From Cuniculiplasma divulgatum (GTDB lineage: Archaea > Thermoplasmatota > Thermoplasmata > Thermoplasmatales > Thermoplasmataceae), in NCBI RefSeq assembly GCF_900083515.1, contig NZ_LT671858.1, positions 1,290,001-1,322,000 on the forward strand: a stretch of 32,000 nucleotides of DNA, written 5' to 3'. The notes beneath the pieces were generated by a model, which was given only the letters and a program-made list of their open reading frames with translations, did no database searches and had not been told where the DNA came from. Each line of letters begins with the position of its first letter. Within the stretch, counting starts at the first letter, position 1. Below, piece by piece: positions 1 through 10,181 of the stretch. The translations under genes were made by a program, and so were the position numbers.

Positions 1-2157
1 TTATACAGTCCAGAAGATGGAAATGCAGTTGGAGAAGATGATATTGAAGACGGTGACACCAACAAGGTATCCATTGAAAAATTCTCTATGGTACTTTTCA
101 AAAATACCACTGATGATTATTATCTGGCAGCTGCATCTCTTAGACCAGAAACCCTCTTTGCTGTTACAAACCTGTGGATCAACCCTGATTCTAAATATAT
201 GAAAATAAGAATCAATGATAAGATAATAGTTGTTTCAGAATATGCTTCAAAAAAGGTTCTATTACAGTTCGAAGATTCAGAGGTAATTGGAGAAGTTACT
301 ACTGTTGAGTTACTGAAGGGGTCTTATACTGTTCCTTTTGCAGAAAATATAGTGAACGTTTACTCAAACCATGGAATCAATCCTGAGCAGGCTACCGGTG
401 TAGTGTATAGTGTTCCCGGCCATTCCGTTATGGACCTGAGCTTTATCCACAGCCTTGGCCTTGATATTCAAGCTATTCATATAATATCGGCCAAGTCTGG
501 ATTGTCAAAAGCTTCAGATTATTTGAAGAAATTTGATGATCCAGCAGTAGCGAATACAGAGATTTACAGGGACGAATTTTATGATGGAACTATGGTCAAT
601 AATTTACCATTTATTGGAGGTAAAAGCGTAAAAGATGCAAGAGATGTAATGAACTCGAAGCTTTTTGAAAAAGGTATTGGGTTTTTGTTTTATGAACCTT
701 CAAGGCCGGCAAAGACCAGGGATGGAAAGCCAGTAATTGTCTCCATAATGCACGACCAGTGGTTCATAGATTATTCCGATGAGGTTTGGAAAAAACATAC
801 TGTGGAAAATGTTTCAAGAATGGAGTTTTTTCCCGAGTTTTACAGGAAAAACATGTTTGACGTCATCGATTGGATCGAAGAAAGGGCATGTGCCAGGAAA
901 AGAGGGCTTGGAACACCTCTTCCCCAGGATCCTTCATGGGTTATTGAATCTCTATCTGATTCAACAATCTACCCTGCGTTCTATACATTTTCTCATCTAA
1001 TAGATGGAAATGTAACAAAAGAAATAGATGATGAATTCTTTGATTATGTAATGAATGATCAGGAAGAAAGAATTCCAGAGAAGCTTGGAGATTTATCTGA
1101 AAAGGCGAAAGAGGAGTTTCAATACTGGTATGGCGTTGATCAGAGGATTACCTCAGCTTCACATATGTCCAACCATCTTGTATTCTATCTCATGAATCAC
1201 AGGGCGATACTTGGAGACCGCTACCAGCCTGGAGGAATTTCAATCATAGGAATGGTTATATCCAATGGTGCTAAGATTTCAAAAAGTAAAGGGAATGCTG
1301 TTTCCCTTCTTGACGTGGTTAAGCAGTACGGGGCAGATCTTTTCAGATTGTATGTGGCACTTGTTGCCGAGGTGGATTCGGTGCTTGACTGGAACGAGGC
1401 TGAAATAGAAAATATACGAGGAGTGTATGAAACTATCAGGAACACACTTAATATGCAAGGAAACAACTCAAAAAAGGATAAGTATACTGAAATCTTTAAA
1501 ATTAAATTCAAGCACCATCTTAGAAATTACTATGAGAAAATGGATAAATTCCAGATAAGAGGGGCCTATGTGGAAATGGTCTACGAAGTTCTGAGAGAGA
1601 TGAATCAGCTTGGAAGTCTGGGAATGGATATAGGCACTGCTGTTCACGAGGTCAGAAAGGAATGGGTTCAGGTATTATCATGTGTCGTTCCCCACATGGC
1701 TGAATCCATATGGAGTCAATTTGAGGGGAGTGGTTTTGTTTCAAATAGTGAAATGTCCATAGAGGCCATTTCAGATAATGAAATGAAAAGTGAAAGAAAC
1801 TTTGACTATACTACATCTCTTGCTGACGATATAAGATCAATTCAGTCGGTCACAAAAATTAAACCTTCGGAAATTAAAATAACAGTATGCAATGAGAAGA
1901 TAAAAGAAGAAACAATGAAAATAATAAATGGAGATCTCAATGTGTCTATGAAATCAATTATTGGAAACGTGAAGAAATATCGTGGGAAACTCAACATGGA
2001 TGTTAATGAAATGACTGCAATTTCAGAATTCAAAAGTATACTGGAAAAAATTTTTTCCACAGATGTAATCATAGAGGAGTATGACGGAGATGGCAAAGGC
2101 AAGGTTCCATTACCGGGAAGACCAATAATCGAATTAACGGGTGATAGAGTTGGATGA
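1..2157 (+). CDS. leuS: Leucyl-tRNA synthetase, archaeal type; 5' end lies upstream of the window
   Basis: Frame 1 is open from base 1, with no stop before the listed Met at 88. Translation contains WVIESLSDSTIYPAFYT (archaeal/eukaryal LeuRS signature). The class-I KMSKS loop appears as KISKSKGN, followed by YGADLFRLY. Confidence 0.93.
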   Translation, partial: LYSPEDGNAVGEDDIEDGDTNKVSIEKFSMVLFKNTTDDYYLAAASLRPETLFAVTNLWINPDSKYMKIRINDKIIVVSEYASKKVLLQFEDSEVIGEVTTVELLKGSYTVPFAENIVNVYSNHGINPEQATGVVYSVPGHSVMDLSFIHSLGLDIQAIHIISAKSGLSKASDYLKKFDDPAVANTEIYRDEFYDGTMVNNLPFIGGKSVKDARDVMNSKLFEKGIGFLFYEPSRPAKTRDGKPVIVSIMHDQWFIDYSDEVWKKHTVENVSRMEFFPEFYRKNMFDVIDWIEERACARKRGLGTPLPQDPSWVIESLSDSTIYPAFYTFSHLIDGNVTKEIDDEFFDYVMNDQEERIPEKLGDLSEKAKEEFQYWYGVDQRITSASHMSNHLVFYLMNHRAILGDRYQPGGISIIGMVISNGAKISKSKGNAVSLLDVVKQYGADLFRLYVALVAEVDSVLDWNEAEIENIRGVYETIRNTLNMQGNNSKKDKYTEIFKIKFKHHLRNYYEKMDKFQIRGAYVEMVYEVLREMNQLGSLGMDIGTAVHEVRKEWVQVLSCVVPHMAESIWSQFEGSGFVSNSEMSIEAISDNEMKSERNFDYTTSLADDIRSIQSVTKIKPSEIKITVCNEKIKEETMKIINGDLNVSMKSIIGNVKKYRGKLNMDVNEMTAISEFKSILEKIFSTDVIIEEYDGDGKGKVPLPGRPIIELTGDRVG

Positions 2158-4087
2158 AATAGATTTTAGGGTTGAAAGTGCCAGAAAGCTTGGAAATGAT
2201 TCTGAACTTGTTCTGCACGGTGGAGGAAATGCGAGTGTGAAGGTACTGGAGACAGATCATGCAGGAAGAATTATAAAAATTCTCCGGGTAAAGGGCAGTG
2301 GTTCTGACATGGCTACCATTGACAGAAGAGGTTTCACTGGTGTCAGGATGGAGGATTTGTTGCATGCACGAACGATTGAAGAAATGAGCGATGAAGAGAT
2401 GATGAGTTATCTAAGGAAGAGCATGATAAATTCCTCTGAACCTTCTCCATCCGTTGAAACTTTTCTTCACGCATTTATACCCTATACTTATGTTGATCAT
2501 TCCCACTCAGATCATATACTCATGCTTACCAATTCAAACCTGAAAAACGAGGACATTAAGGCGATACTTGGTAATGTAATAATTCTAGATTATTATCCAC
2601 CAGGATTCAAGCTTGCAAAGAAGGTTCTGGACATAGTGAATAAAATAACCCCTGATGTTGATGGCATTGTTCTGTCGAAGCACGGTCTATTTACTTTCGG
2701 TGAGACTGCGGATGAAAGTTATGAAAAACATATAAAAATTGTTAACAGAGCCAGACAGTATATATCAAAAACAATTAAGCAACCCCTATTTAGTGAAAAA
2801 TTTAAGAGAAATGAATCTGCCTATGAGGAACTCCCGGAAATTAGGGGGCTTGTTTCTAAAAACTATAAGAAAATACTTCTCGTGGACAGATCAGATGAGG
2901 CAATAAGAATTGCTTGCTCCGAGGAGGGGGAAATATTCAGGGAGAGTGGACCTGCTACACCGGACATGCTTATACGTACGAAGTATGATTATTTATATCT
3001 CACAGGAAAAGAAGACATTAGTAAGGAAGTTGAAGAATACTCACAAAAATACGAAAAAGAATATAAGATGTACATAAAAGAATTCCCAATGCATGATCCA
3101 TTCCCATCTATTATTCTGATCAGGGGTTTTGGAATCATTACAGCTGCAAGAACGTACAGGGAATGTTCAATTATCAGGGACCAGTTTGTTCATTCAATGA
3201 GAGTAAATTCTGTGGCAGAGAAACTTGGAAAACACTCTTTTATCTCCAGAAAAGAGGCCTTTGATATGGAATACTGGCCACTGGAAGAGGCAAAACTGAA
3301 AAAATTTAAACCCAGGAAACTTGAAGGTACCGTTAGTATTGTAACCGGTGCAGCCAATGGAATTGGACTTGAAGCTTTCAGAAAACTTGCTGAAAATGGC
3401 TCCAATGTTGTTGGTGTTGACAAGGAAAAGTCAGTCATCGATATTGCTAGATCAATTTCCAATGAATTTGGAACTGAAACTCTGGGCTATGAAATTGATC
3501 TCACAGACACTGAGAGAGTAAGAGAAATGATTAGAGATATTCGGGATAAGTATGGAGGTGTGGATGTAGTGTTCCACAATGCAGGAGTACTGAAATCAGA
3601 ATACATTGAGGATATTCAGCTGGATACTCTCATGTTACATTTCAACATTAATTCTCTTGCCCCCTTCATAATTTCTCAGGAGGTTTTCAAAATAATGAAA
3701 AAACAGGGAATTGGTGGGAATTTTGTTTTCAACATAACAAAGAACCTTACCAACCCTGGACCTGGTATGATATCCTACGGGACAACCAAGGCATTTTCCG
3801 CACAGCTGTCTCATTATATTGCAAAGGAGGGAGGTAAGTTTGGTATCAGATCAAATATCATAAATCCTGACAAAATATTCAAGAACTCTAAGATATGGGA
3901 AAATGGTGTTCTTGAGGCAAGAGCAAAAGCTAAAGGAATTACTGCTGATGAATACAAGAAGGGAAACCTTCTCAGGAAAGAGGTGCTTCCAGAACACGTT
4001 GCAAACATGCTAATAGCAATGTTGGATGAGGATACATTTGGGGCGACTACAGATTCCATGGTTCCTGTTGATGGTGGTATACTATAG
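2141..4087 (+). CDS. Bifunctional class II aldolase/adducin-domain plus short-chain dehydrogenase fusion (rhamnulose-1-phosphate aldolase/alcohol dehydrogenase-like)
   Basis: 648-aa ORF. The N-terminal part has LHGGGNASVK and HSHSDH (metal-binding His pair) typical of class II aldolase-domain fusions. The C-terminal part has the SDR Rossmann motif TGAANGIGLE, NAG, and YGTTKAF (YxxxK). GTG start at 2141 overlaps the leuS stop by 17 nt; TTG at 2150 is an alternative. Confidence 0.82.
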   Translation: MIELDEIDFRVESARKLGNDSELVLHGGGNASVKVLETDHAGRIIKILRVKGSGSDMATIDRRGFTGVRMEDLLHARTIEEMSDEEMMSYLRKSMINSSEPSPSVETFLHAFIPYTYVDHSHSDHILMLTNSNLKNEDIKAILGNVIILDYYPPGFKLAKKVLDIVNKITPDVDGIVLSKHGLFTFGETADESYEKHIKIVNRARQYISKTIKQPLFSEKFKRNESAYEELPEIRGLVSKNYKKILLVDRSDEAIRIACSEEGEIFRESGPATPDMLIRTKYDYLYLTGKEDISKEVEEYSQKYEKEYKMYIKEFPMHDPFPSIILIRGFGIITAARTYRECSIIRDQFVHSMRVNSVAEKLGKHSFISRKEAFDMEYWPLEEAKLKKFKPRKLEGTVSIVTGAANGIGLEAFRKLAENGSNVVGVDKEKSVIDIARSISNEFGTETLGYEIDLTDTERVREMIRDIRDKYGGVDVVFHNAGVLKSEYIEDIQLDTLMLHFNINSLAPFIISQEVFKIMKKQGIGGNFVFNITKNLTNPGPGMISYGTTKAFSAQLSHYIAKEGGKFGIRSNIINPDKIFKNSKIWENGVLEARAKAKGITADEYKKGNLLRKEVLPEHVANMLIAMLDEDTFGATTDSMVPVDGGIL

Positions 4088-5044
4088 GAAATGAGCGAGA
4101 ATTTTCCTGAGGCTTAGGGAGAAGCCAAATTTCTTTACTTCATTCAATGCCAGCTTCAGTGAAAAAATATTGGATGGTGTGATTATCTTTCCTGATTGAA
4201 CATTTTCCACCAAATTTGCGATCTTTTCGAATTCCTTCATTCGCTTACTTATTCTGTCCCTGTAAATAATAGATATTTCTTTAACGTCATCGCTCTTTTT
4301 TATGCTTTGGAAAAGTGCTTCTGCAGATTCCAGTGCGGGAATTATGCCTTCACCCAGAAGTGGCGATATATATCCGATGCTCTCTCCAACTCCTAACACA
4401 TTGCCTGAAGTTATGTTTTCATTTATGGGTCTCATCCTTATTCTTCTTGATACTGTTCGGATAGCTTCATACCTTTCTATATGAGATTTCACTTCATCTA
4501 AATCTATACCACCTGCCCCGATATGATACCTGTCCCTCAGTGGAAAGGACCAGAAATATCCTCTTCCCTCTGGAAAGAAATAGAAATAAAATCCCTTGTA
4601 TTCTGATTTTCCGCTCACCTTTTCAATGGCAAACATCTTTTTGTCATTTCTGCTTGCGGGAAGATAAAACCTTGAGATTCCTGTGGCATCAATGATCGGC
4701 TGATCTGGATTTGAAGGACAAGCTGATTGCAGTACTTCTCCACCACACATCAACTGTTCCATCTTCATTTTGTTAATTGTACATAAACCAACATTTTCCG
4801 CCTGTATTGGATTGAAATTATTACCTGCTACTTCCACGTTTACGTTTTCAACCTCTAAAACCTGATCCATTTCGATATTCAGATTATTGAGATAGGGCCT
4901 TAAGAGATTCTTATTTGTTGCAAATCCGCATGGTATGTAAAAATCCTTAACCTTTGGATCAAATATTCGTACTTCATATCCTTCTCTCCTCATCCTACCA
5001 TAAAGATATGAACCCGCTATACCTGATCCTGCGATATTCCACAC
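4082..5044 (-). CDS. Geranylgeranyl-reductase-family FAD-dependent oxidoreductase (short form)
   Basis: 320-aa ORF with GTG start. N-terminal dinucleotide fold IAGSGIAGSYL...EVRIFD. IPCGFA resembles the PCGG catalytic-Cys motif and GYFWSFP resembles the GYxWxFP motif of the GGR family. Confidence 0.68.
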   Translation of the reverse strand: MWNIAGSGIAGSYLYGRMRREGYEVRIFDPKVKDFYIPCGFATNKNLLRPYLNNLNIEMDQVLEVENVNVEVAGNNFNPIQAENVGLCTINKMKMEQLMCGGEVLQSACPSNPDQPIIDATGISRFYLPASRNDKKMFAIEKVSGKSEYKGFYFYFFPEGRGYFWSFPLRDRYHIGAGGIDLDEVKSHIERYEAIRTVSRRIRMRPINENITSGNVLGVGESIGYISPLLGEGIIPALESAEALFQSIKKSDDVKEISIIYRDRISKRMKEFEKIANLVENVQSGKIITPSNIFSLKLALNEVKKFGFSLSLRKILAHFL

Positions 5045-5148
5045 ATAACCGCATTATAACATTTTTATAAAGCTTGGTGCTCCATCCCAATATTAATCCA
5101 GAGAAAGAAGATACATAAGGGTTAATTAACATCCTAAAATTTCAGAGT

Positions 5149-5919
5149 GTGAGATATCTTCTTGGATTTTCCTATGCCGGAACAAAATTTACAGGTTTTC
5201 AGAGAGGTACCGGTGAGAGAAGTGTGGAAGACAGCATTTTGCAGATATTGAATAAAAATTCACTAGGCTTGAATCTAAGATGCTGCTCAAGGACAGATCG
5301 TGGGGTATCAGCAATAATGAATACTTGTACCATAGATTCTGATAGAAATGTTGAGGATATAATTGGAATATTGAATTCGAGTCTGGAAGATATTTACTTC
5401 CATAAATACACGAAGGTGTGTGATGATTTCAATGTGCGTAAGGTTACTTTTAAGAAATACATCTATCTCCTTCCTGAAACTGGAATATTCCCTTTTATTA
5501 ATATCGACGACCTCAAAAAATTTGAGGGCGAACACGATTTTTCTAATTTTTGTAAATTAAATGGAAGAAATACTGTAAGAACAGTAACAGAGGTTAATGA
5601 ATTTCAGAGAAATAATGTTAGATACATATCATTTGTGGCAAATGGCTTCCTGTGGAACCAGATCAGATTTATGATTGGATATGCCATGGAAAGGGCCAGA
5701 GAAAAGGAAACGCCAGATAATCCATTTTCATACGAATATAGAGTGAGAAGGCTGGCTCCAGCACAATTTTTATTTCTGGAAGAGATAGTCTACGATAAGA
5801 TTGATTTTAGAAAAGTAATAAGAAAATCCACCAGAAAAAAGGTGGAAAGATCCTATATGAGTTCTCTTACCATGTTGAATTTTAATAAATTCATGCTGGA
5901 TTTGACAGAGGATAGATGA
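5149..5919 (+). CDS. truA: tRNA pseudouridine synthase A (TruA/Pus1 family)
   Basis: N-terminus MRYLLGFSYAGTKFTGFQRG matches the TruA start pattern. The catalytic Asp motif is present as SRTDRGVSA. GTG start. Confidence 0.85.
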   Translation: MRYLLGFSYAGTKFTGFQRGTGERSVEDSILQILNKNSLGLNLRCCSRTDRGVSAIMNTCTIDSDRNVEDIIGILNSSLEDIYFHKYTKVCDDFNVRKVTFKKYIYLLPETGIFPFINIDDLKKFEGEHDFSNFCKLNGRNTVRTVTEVNEFQRNNVRYISFVANGFLWNQIRFMIGYAMERAREKETPDNPFSYEYRVRRLAPAQFLFLEEIVYDKIDFRKVIRKSTRKKVERSYMSSLTMLNFNKFMLDLTEDR

Positions 5920-5950
5920 TTTTTAAATAGATCAATATATATGGATATTC

Positions 5951-6661
5951 ATGGGAATACTGGAAGAATACTTCGATGGAAAGACGTACGTGATAGCAGG
6001 AATTGGTCCAGGTCAGGGTCTATCTACCGCAAGATTGCTTAAAAAATTTGGAGCCAATGTTTATGGGATCTCAAGAAGTGGAGTTTTTCCTTCTGAAAAG
6101 GTTGATAAGGGCATAAAGATAGAGAAATGCAATCTCGAAGACGTCACAGAAATAAGAAAAACCTTAGAGGGAATAGTAAAAGAAGGCGGAGTCATAAATG
6201 GGTCAGTTAACAATGTTGGAACTTGGGAACCAGCTGATAATAAGGTTGTGAAACCAGATACCTTAATGAAATTCTTCAGGTTGAATGTTATGACTCAATA
6301 TAATTTGATATACACTTTAAAGGACATACTTGACCCAGGCTCAAGTATGGTAAATATTGGCGCATCGAGGCATCTGTTTGGAGCGAATCATTCAGGATAT
6401 ACCATTTCAAAATATGCAATTGAAGAAATGACAAGAATAACTGCGTCTGGACTGCGGAAAAATGGTATCAGAGTTAACTCAGTACTGCCAGGTTCAGTTG
6501 GTAAAGATGATAATTTTGGGAGTATATTTCCATTTGGCTTCAACGATGGTAAGGTAATGGACCCTTTGAAGATAGCATATGTATCTGCGTTCCTACTTTC
6601 CCCTCTTTCAGCTGGTATAAATGGGGAATCACTGACAGTTGACGACGGAATGGGACTATAA
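5951..6661 (+). CDS. Short-chain dehydrogenase/reductase family oxidoreductase
   Basis: 236 aa. Glycine-rich nucleotide loop AGIGPGQGLSTA, catalytic YTISKYA (YxxxK), and PGSV after the active site. Confidence 0.8.
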   Translation: MGILEEYFDGKTYVIAGIGPGQGLSTARLLKKFGANVYGISRSGVFPSEKVDKGIKIEKCNLEDVTEIRKTLEGIVKEGGVINGSVNNVGTWEPADNKVVKPDTLMKFFRLNVMTQYNLIYTLKDILDPGSSMVNIGASRHLFGANHSGYTISKYAIEEMTRITASGLRKNGIRVNSVLPGSVGKDDNFGSIFPFGFNDGKVMDPLKIAYVSAFLLSPLSAGINGESLTVDDGMGL

Positions 6662-6688
6662 AATATATAAAAATATTATTAGTTAGGA

Positions 6689-7726
6689 TTACTTAAATGA
6701 ATTAATTTTTATCCTAAAGCTAAAATTCTTTATTAATGCAAAGGAATACAGCAGGAATACTAGAAATGAGATAACCAATGTACCTAATTTAAAAAAATAT
6801 GTTCGGGTACTATTCCACAGGAGATAAGTTGCAAAATCTGCTATTCCCACTGGAAAGACATAGGCAAAGAGAGATGAAGTATATTTATCAAATTTTGTGA
6901 AAACCAGGAAACTTAAGGCTATGATCAGGTACAGAAGGATTGCGCCCCAAATCATAATTGAGATCTCTAATAAAATTGCCTCGGGAAATTGAAAACTATG
7001 ACTCAGGTCAAGATCTGGGAGAAGCAAAAAGTTGAGTACAAACATACTGAGACCACCAACGGGAAGCATTGTGAATGGAATTTCCTTCTTTGGTTTACCT
7101 CCTGAAAGGTATGAATGAAAAACAGATGTTGCTATAAACAAAAATTGCATTATTGATATACCAAAACCCATCATTGTGAGATATACTATGGTCATAATGA
7201 GATAGCTGAACTCACTTCCTTCTAGATCTGGAACCAGAACTGAGGATAGAATTATGCCCCCGGCCATTACAATAGAAGGTATTATATTTACGAAGGTGAG
7301 AGATCCCTGCCTTATTTTTCCACTAAAAACTCTGTAATCAAATACTACGTTTATTATAAGCGAATAGATAAAAGCCAATATGAAGATGAATGAGAAAATC
7401 CCCATGATATTGTTACTTTTACCGAAGAATGTTATATAGAAAAACCCAAACGCATAAAATATTACTGATAGGAGTCCGGAGATACTGAGATTTGTACTTG
7501 ATATTAAATCTCTCTTTAAGGAACCAGTGCGGGTAATATATTTTAGGATCCATAATACCGAGGAGATCAAAAATATAACTAAAACTACAATAAAGGCAAT
7601 CTTTGAAGCAATAAGCAAAATATTAGAATTAAGTACCAGAGAAAGTATAAAGATAGAAAGAACCACAGATGTAGATGCAAGAATGAATGTAAGCAATACT
7701 GGATCGAATTTTTCTAGAAATTTCAT
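6689..7726 (-). CDS. Polytopic membrane protein (about 10 hydrophobic segments), possibly a TDT/TehA-Mae1-type anion or dicarboxylate transporter
   Basis: 345-aa ORF that is almost entirely hydrophobic helices with short basic loops. Family assignment rests only on size and topology impression and is weak. Confidence 0.55.
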   Translation of the reverse strand: MKFLEKFDPVLLTFILASTSVVLSIFILSLVLNSNILLIASKIAFIVVLVIFLISSVLWILKYITRTGSLKRDLISSTNLSISGLLSVIFYAFGFFYITFFGKSNNIMGIFSFIFILAFIYSLIINVVFDYRVFSGKIRQGSLTFVNIIPSIVMAGGIILSSVLVPDLEGSEFSYLIMTIVYLTMMGFGISIMQFLFIATSVFHSYLSGGKPKKEIPFTMLPVGGLSMFVLNFLLLPDLDLSHSFQFPEAILLEISIMIWGAILLYLIIALSFLVFTKFDKYTSSLFAYVFPVGIADFATYLLWNSTRTYFFKLGTLVISFLVFLLYSFALIKNFSFRIKINSFK

Positions 7727-7966
7727 ATATTGTGTATTTCTTGATTAGACTTTTAATTTCCTCTAGAAAATCAGGCAATGTTGTATTCGATTCCAATAGA
7801 AATAAAATTTCTTGCATAAATGATAAGTCCCTATCAAGACTAACATCTGTTCCGAGATAATAAAAAATAACCATAAAATAGAGATTGGAATAAGAAAAAT
7901 ATCACTGGTTTTTCAGTTCTGTATAAAATGATGCAATATTTATGTATGATCCAAACATTTAGAAGT

Positions 7967-9517
7967 ATGCCATTCGAAAATGAAGTTACATATGTTAAAT
8001 ATGTAAAAAATGGAAAGGAAAAAGAATTTAACGAATTGTATGATAAAGCCTGTGAGGAAGCAAAGAAATATATTGGAAAAGAATACAAAAATATTATAGG
8101 AAAAGAAGTAGAGGAGAGTAATAAGATTAAGCATACCTCCCCAGTGGATGGGAAGGAGATAGGTATTTTCCAGGCTGGTTCACAGAAGTATGTTGATGAG
8201 GCAATCTCCATGCTTAAAAAGGCACAGAAGTCATGGTTCAAGTCAGGGTATGTAAATAGGGCCAGAGTAATGCTGAAGGCTGCTGATCTAATGTCGAGAG
8301 ATAAATTCCTGATTTCTGCACTGCTTGCTTATGAAAATGGGAAGAACAGAACAGAGGCAATGGCAGACGTGGATGAGGGGATAGACTTCCTGAGGTATTA
8401 CGCACTGAATCTTATTGAAAATCAGGGTTTTGTAAGATTTACCGGAAAGGGATATGAAAATGAGGAAAGTATGTCCTACATGAAACCATATGGTGTTTTT
8501 GCCGTAATAGCACCATTTAATTTCTACGCCATAACTGCCGGTATGGTTGCTGGACCATTGATTACAGGAAATTCTGTACTGCTAAAGCCGTCAAGTGATA
8601 TACCACTCACTTCTTACCTATACGTGAAAACGCTGATTGAGGCAGGTGTACCATCTGAAAACATTGCTTTTATTTCTGGAAAAGGAAGTGAGATTGGACC
8701 GTATATAACAGCTCATAAGGATATATCAGGAATACTTTTCACGGGATCCCGCGATGCAGGTATAAGTATATTTAAGAATGCAACTAAGGATAGGCCAAAA
8801 GTGGTTATTACGGAAATGGGCGGAAAGGATACAATCACTGTTACTTCTAAGGCAGATATTAACAAGGCTGTAAATGGTGTTTATAGAGCAGCCTTTGGGT
8901 ATTCTGGGCAGAAATGCAGTGCCTGTTCAATTGCTTATGTAGAAGAGAAAGTTTATGATCAATTCCTTACAAAGATTAAGGAAACGACTGATAAACTAAT
9001 CGTTGGAGACCCAAAGAAACTTGAGACTTACATGGGACCCGTGATTAATAAGGAGGCAGTTGAGAAATTTAAGAAATATTCAGAAGTAGCCAGAAAAGAT
9101 GGAAAGATTTTATCAGGAGGAAATGTTATTGAAGGTCCTGGAAACTTTGTGAGACCAACAATTGTTACCGATCTGCCAAAAAATTCCGATATAATTAGAC
9201 ATGAATTGTTCTTACCTTTCCTTGCAATAGTTAAGGTAAAGAACCTGGATGAGGCTATAGAAAGGATAAATGAATCTGATTACGGACTTACTGGAGGTAT
9301 ATTTACTGAAGATCCATCTGAGATTCAGAAATATTTTGATGAGGTCGAGGTTGGAACAATATATGCAAACAGAGAAAGAGGAGGTTCCACAGGGGCAATG
9401 GTTGGTTCACAGCCATTTGTTGGATGGAAGCTTAGTGGAATCAGTGGAAAAGGTACAGGCTCATTCTACTATCTGCAGCAGTTTTTGAGAGAACAGTCAC
9501 AAACCATAGCTCACTGA
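7967..9517 (+). CDS. Aldehyde dehydrogenase family, 1-pyrroline-5-carboxylate dehydrogenase-like
   Basis: ALDH catalytic motifs EMGGKD (Glu) and GQKCSACS (Cys). The overall length and the GGxxxxR.GGSTGA..G.QPFGG-like C-terminus resemble RocA/PruA-type enzymes. I place the start at ATG 7967 (MPFENE...) rather than 7928. Confidence 0.82.
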   Translation: MPFENEVTYVKYVKNGKEKEFNELYDKACEEAKKYIGKEYKNIIGKEVEESNKIKHTSPVDGKEIGIFQAGSQKYVDEAISMLKKAQKSWFKSGYVNRARVMLKAADLMSRDKFLISALLAYENGKNRTEAMADVDEGIDFLRYYALNLIENQGFVRFTGKGYENEESMSYMKPYGVFAVIAPFNFYAITAGMVAGPLITGNSVLLKPSSDIPLTSYLYVKTLIEAGVPSENIAFISGKGSEIGPYITAHKDISGILFTGSRDAGISIFKNATKDRPKVVITEMGGKDTITVTSKADINKAVNGVYRAAFGYSGQKCSACSIAYVEEKVYDQFLTKIKETTDKLIVGDPKKLETYMGPVINKEAVEKFKKYSEVARKDGKILSGGNVIEGPGNFVRPTIVTDLPKNSDIIRHELFLPFLAIVKVKNLDEAIERINESDYGLTGGIFTEDPSEIQKYFDEVEVGTIYANRERGGSTGAMVGSQPFVGWKLSGISGKGTGSFYYLQQFLREQSQTIAH

Positions 9518-9536
9518 TATCAGTAAAATATTTTTA

Positions 9537-10181
9537 TTATATCCCTAAATTTTCTTTAAGAATTTTCAGAAAGAGTCCTTTTTCCTCCTCCATATGGTAT
9601 GTTTTACCGTTAAGTTTAGAAACTGAGGTCATCACTGACCAGTCAAAGCCGCATGGATTAATAAGGCTAAATTTTTGAAGATCTGTGTTAACGTTTAGCC
9701 CGATGCCATGAAGTGTAAACCCACCCTTAAGCGCAAAACCTGTAGAAGAGATTTTATGATTTCCAACCCACACTCCAGTTTCTTTTTTAAGTCTGGAATG
9801 TGCAACTATTCCATGCTGCTCCAGGTACTGGATTTCTACTTCATGAACAAAGTTAATCAGATCAAGAATGTTTATTCCCCTCTGGTTAAGGTTAATCATG
9901 AAATACGCAGTGATCTGTCCAGGTCCATGATAGGTTATTCCACCCCCTCTTTCTATAAAATAAACTCCTTCCAGATTTGTTGTGTTCCCATCCTGATGAA
10001 TACCACAGGTATAAACAGGCTCATGCTCACATATAATTATGGATTCCCTACCCGAGCCATTTATCATTTCGCTGTTGATTTTTCTCTGAAGAGCCAGAGC
10101 TTCTAGATAAGGGAAAGTTTGATAAATTGAAAACTCTACTTTTCTGTTTATTTTACCACTTTTCAAGCCTTGACTTAACAT
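9537..10181 (-). CDS. lipB: Octanoyl (lipoyl) transferase LipB
   Basis: Motifs EHEPVYTCG, RGGGITYHGPGQ, HKISSTGF (catalytic Lys) and NPCGF (catalytic Cys). Start is uncertain: ATG 10181 or TTG 10166. Every in-frame start overlaps the 3' end of pckG. Confidence 0.8.
   Translation of the reverse strand: MLSQGLKSGKINRKVEFSIYQTFPYLEALALQRKINSEMINGSGRESIIICEHEPVYTCGIHQDGNTTNLEGVYFIERGGGITYHGPGQITAYFMINLNQRGINILDLINFVHEVEIQYLEQHGIVAHSRLKKETGVWVGNHKISSTGFALKGGFTLHGIGLNVNTDLQKFSLINPCGFDWSVMTSVSKLNGKTYHMEEEKGLFLKILKENLGI

Noticed and set aside
7840-8241. 133-aa minus-strand ORF, and the 7629-7874 ORF
   Set aside because: They overlap the aldehyde dehydrogenase 5' end and the transporter start respectively. 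They have no motifs and the compositional bias of antisense frames.
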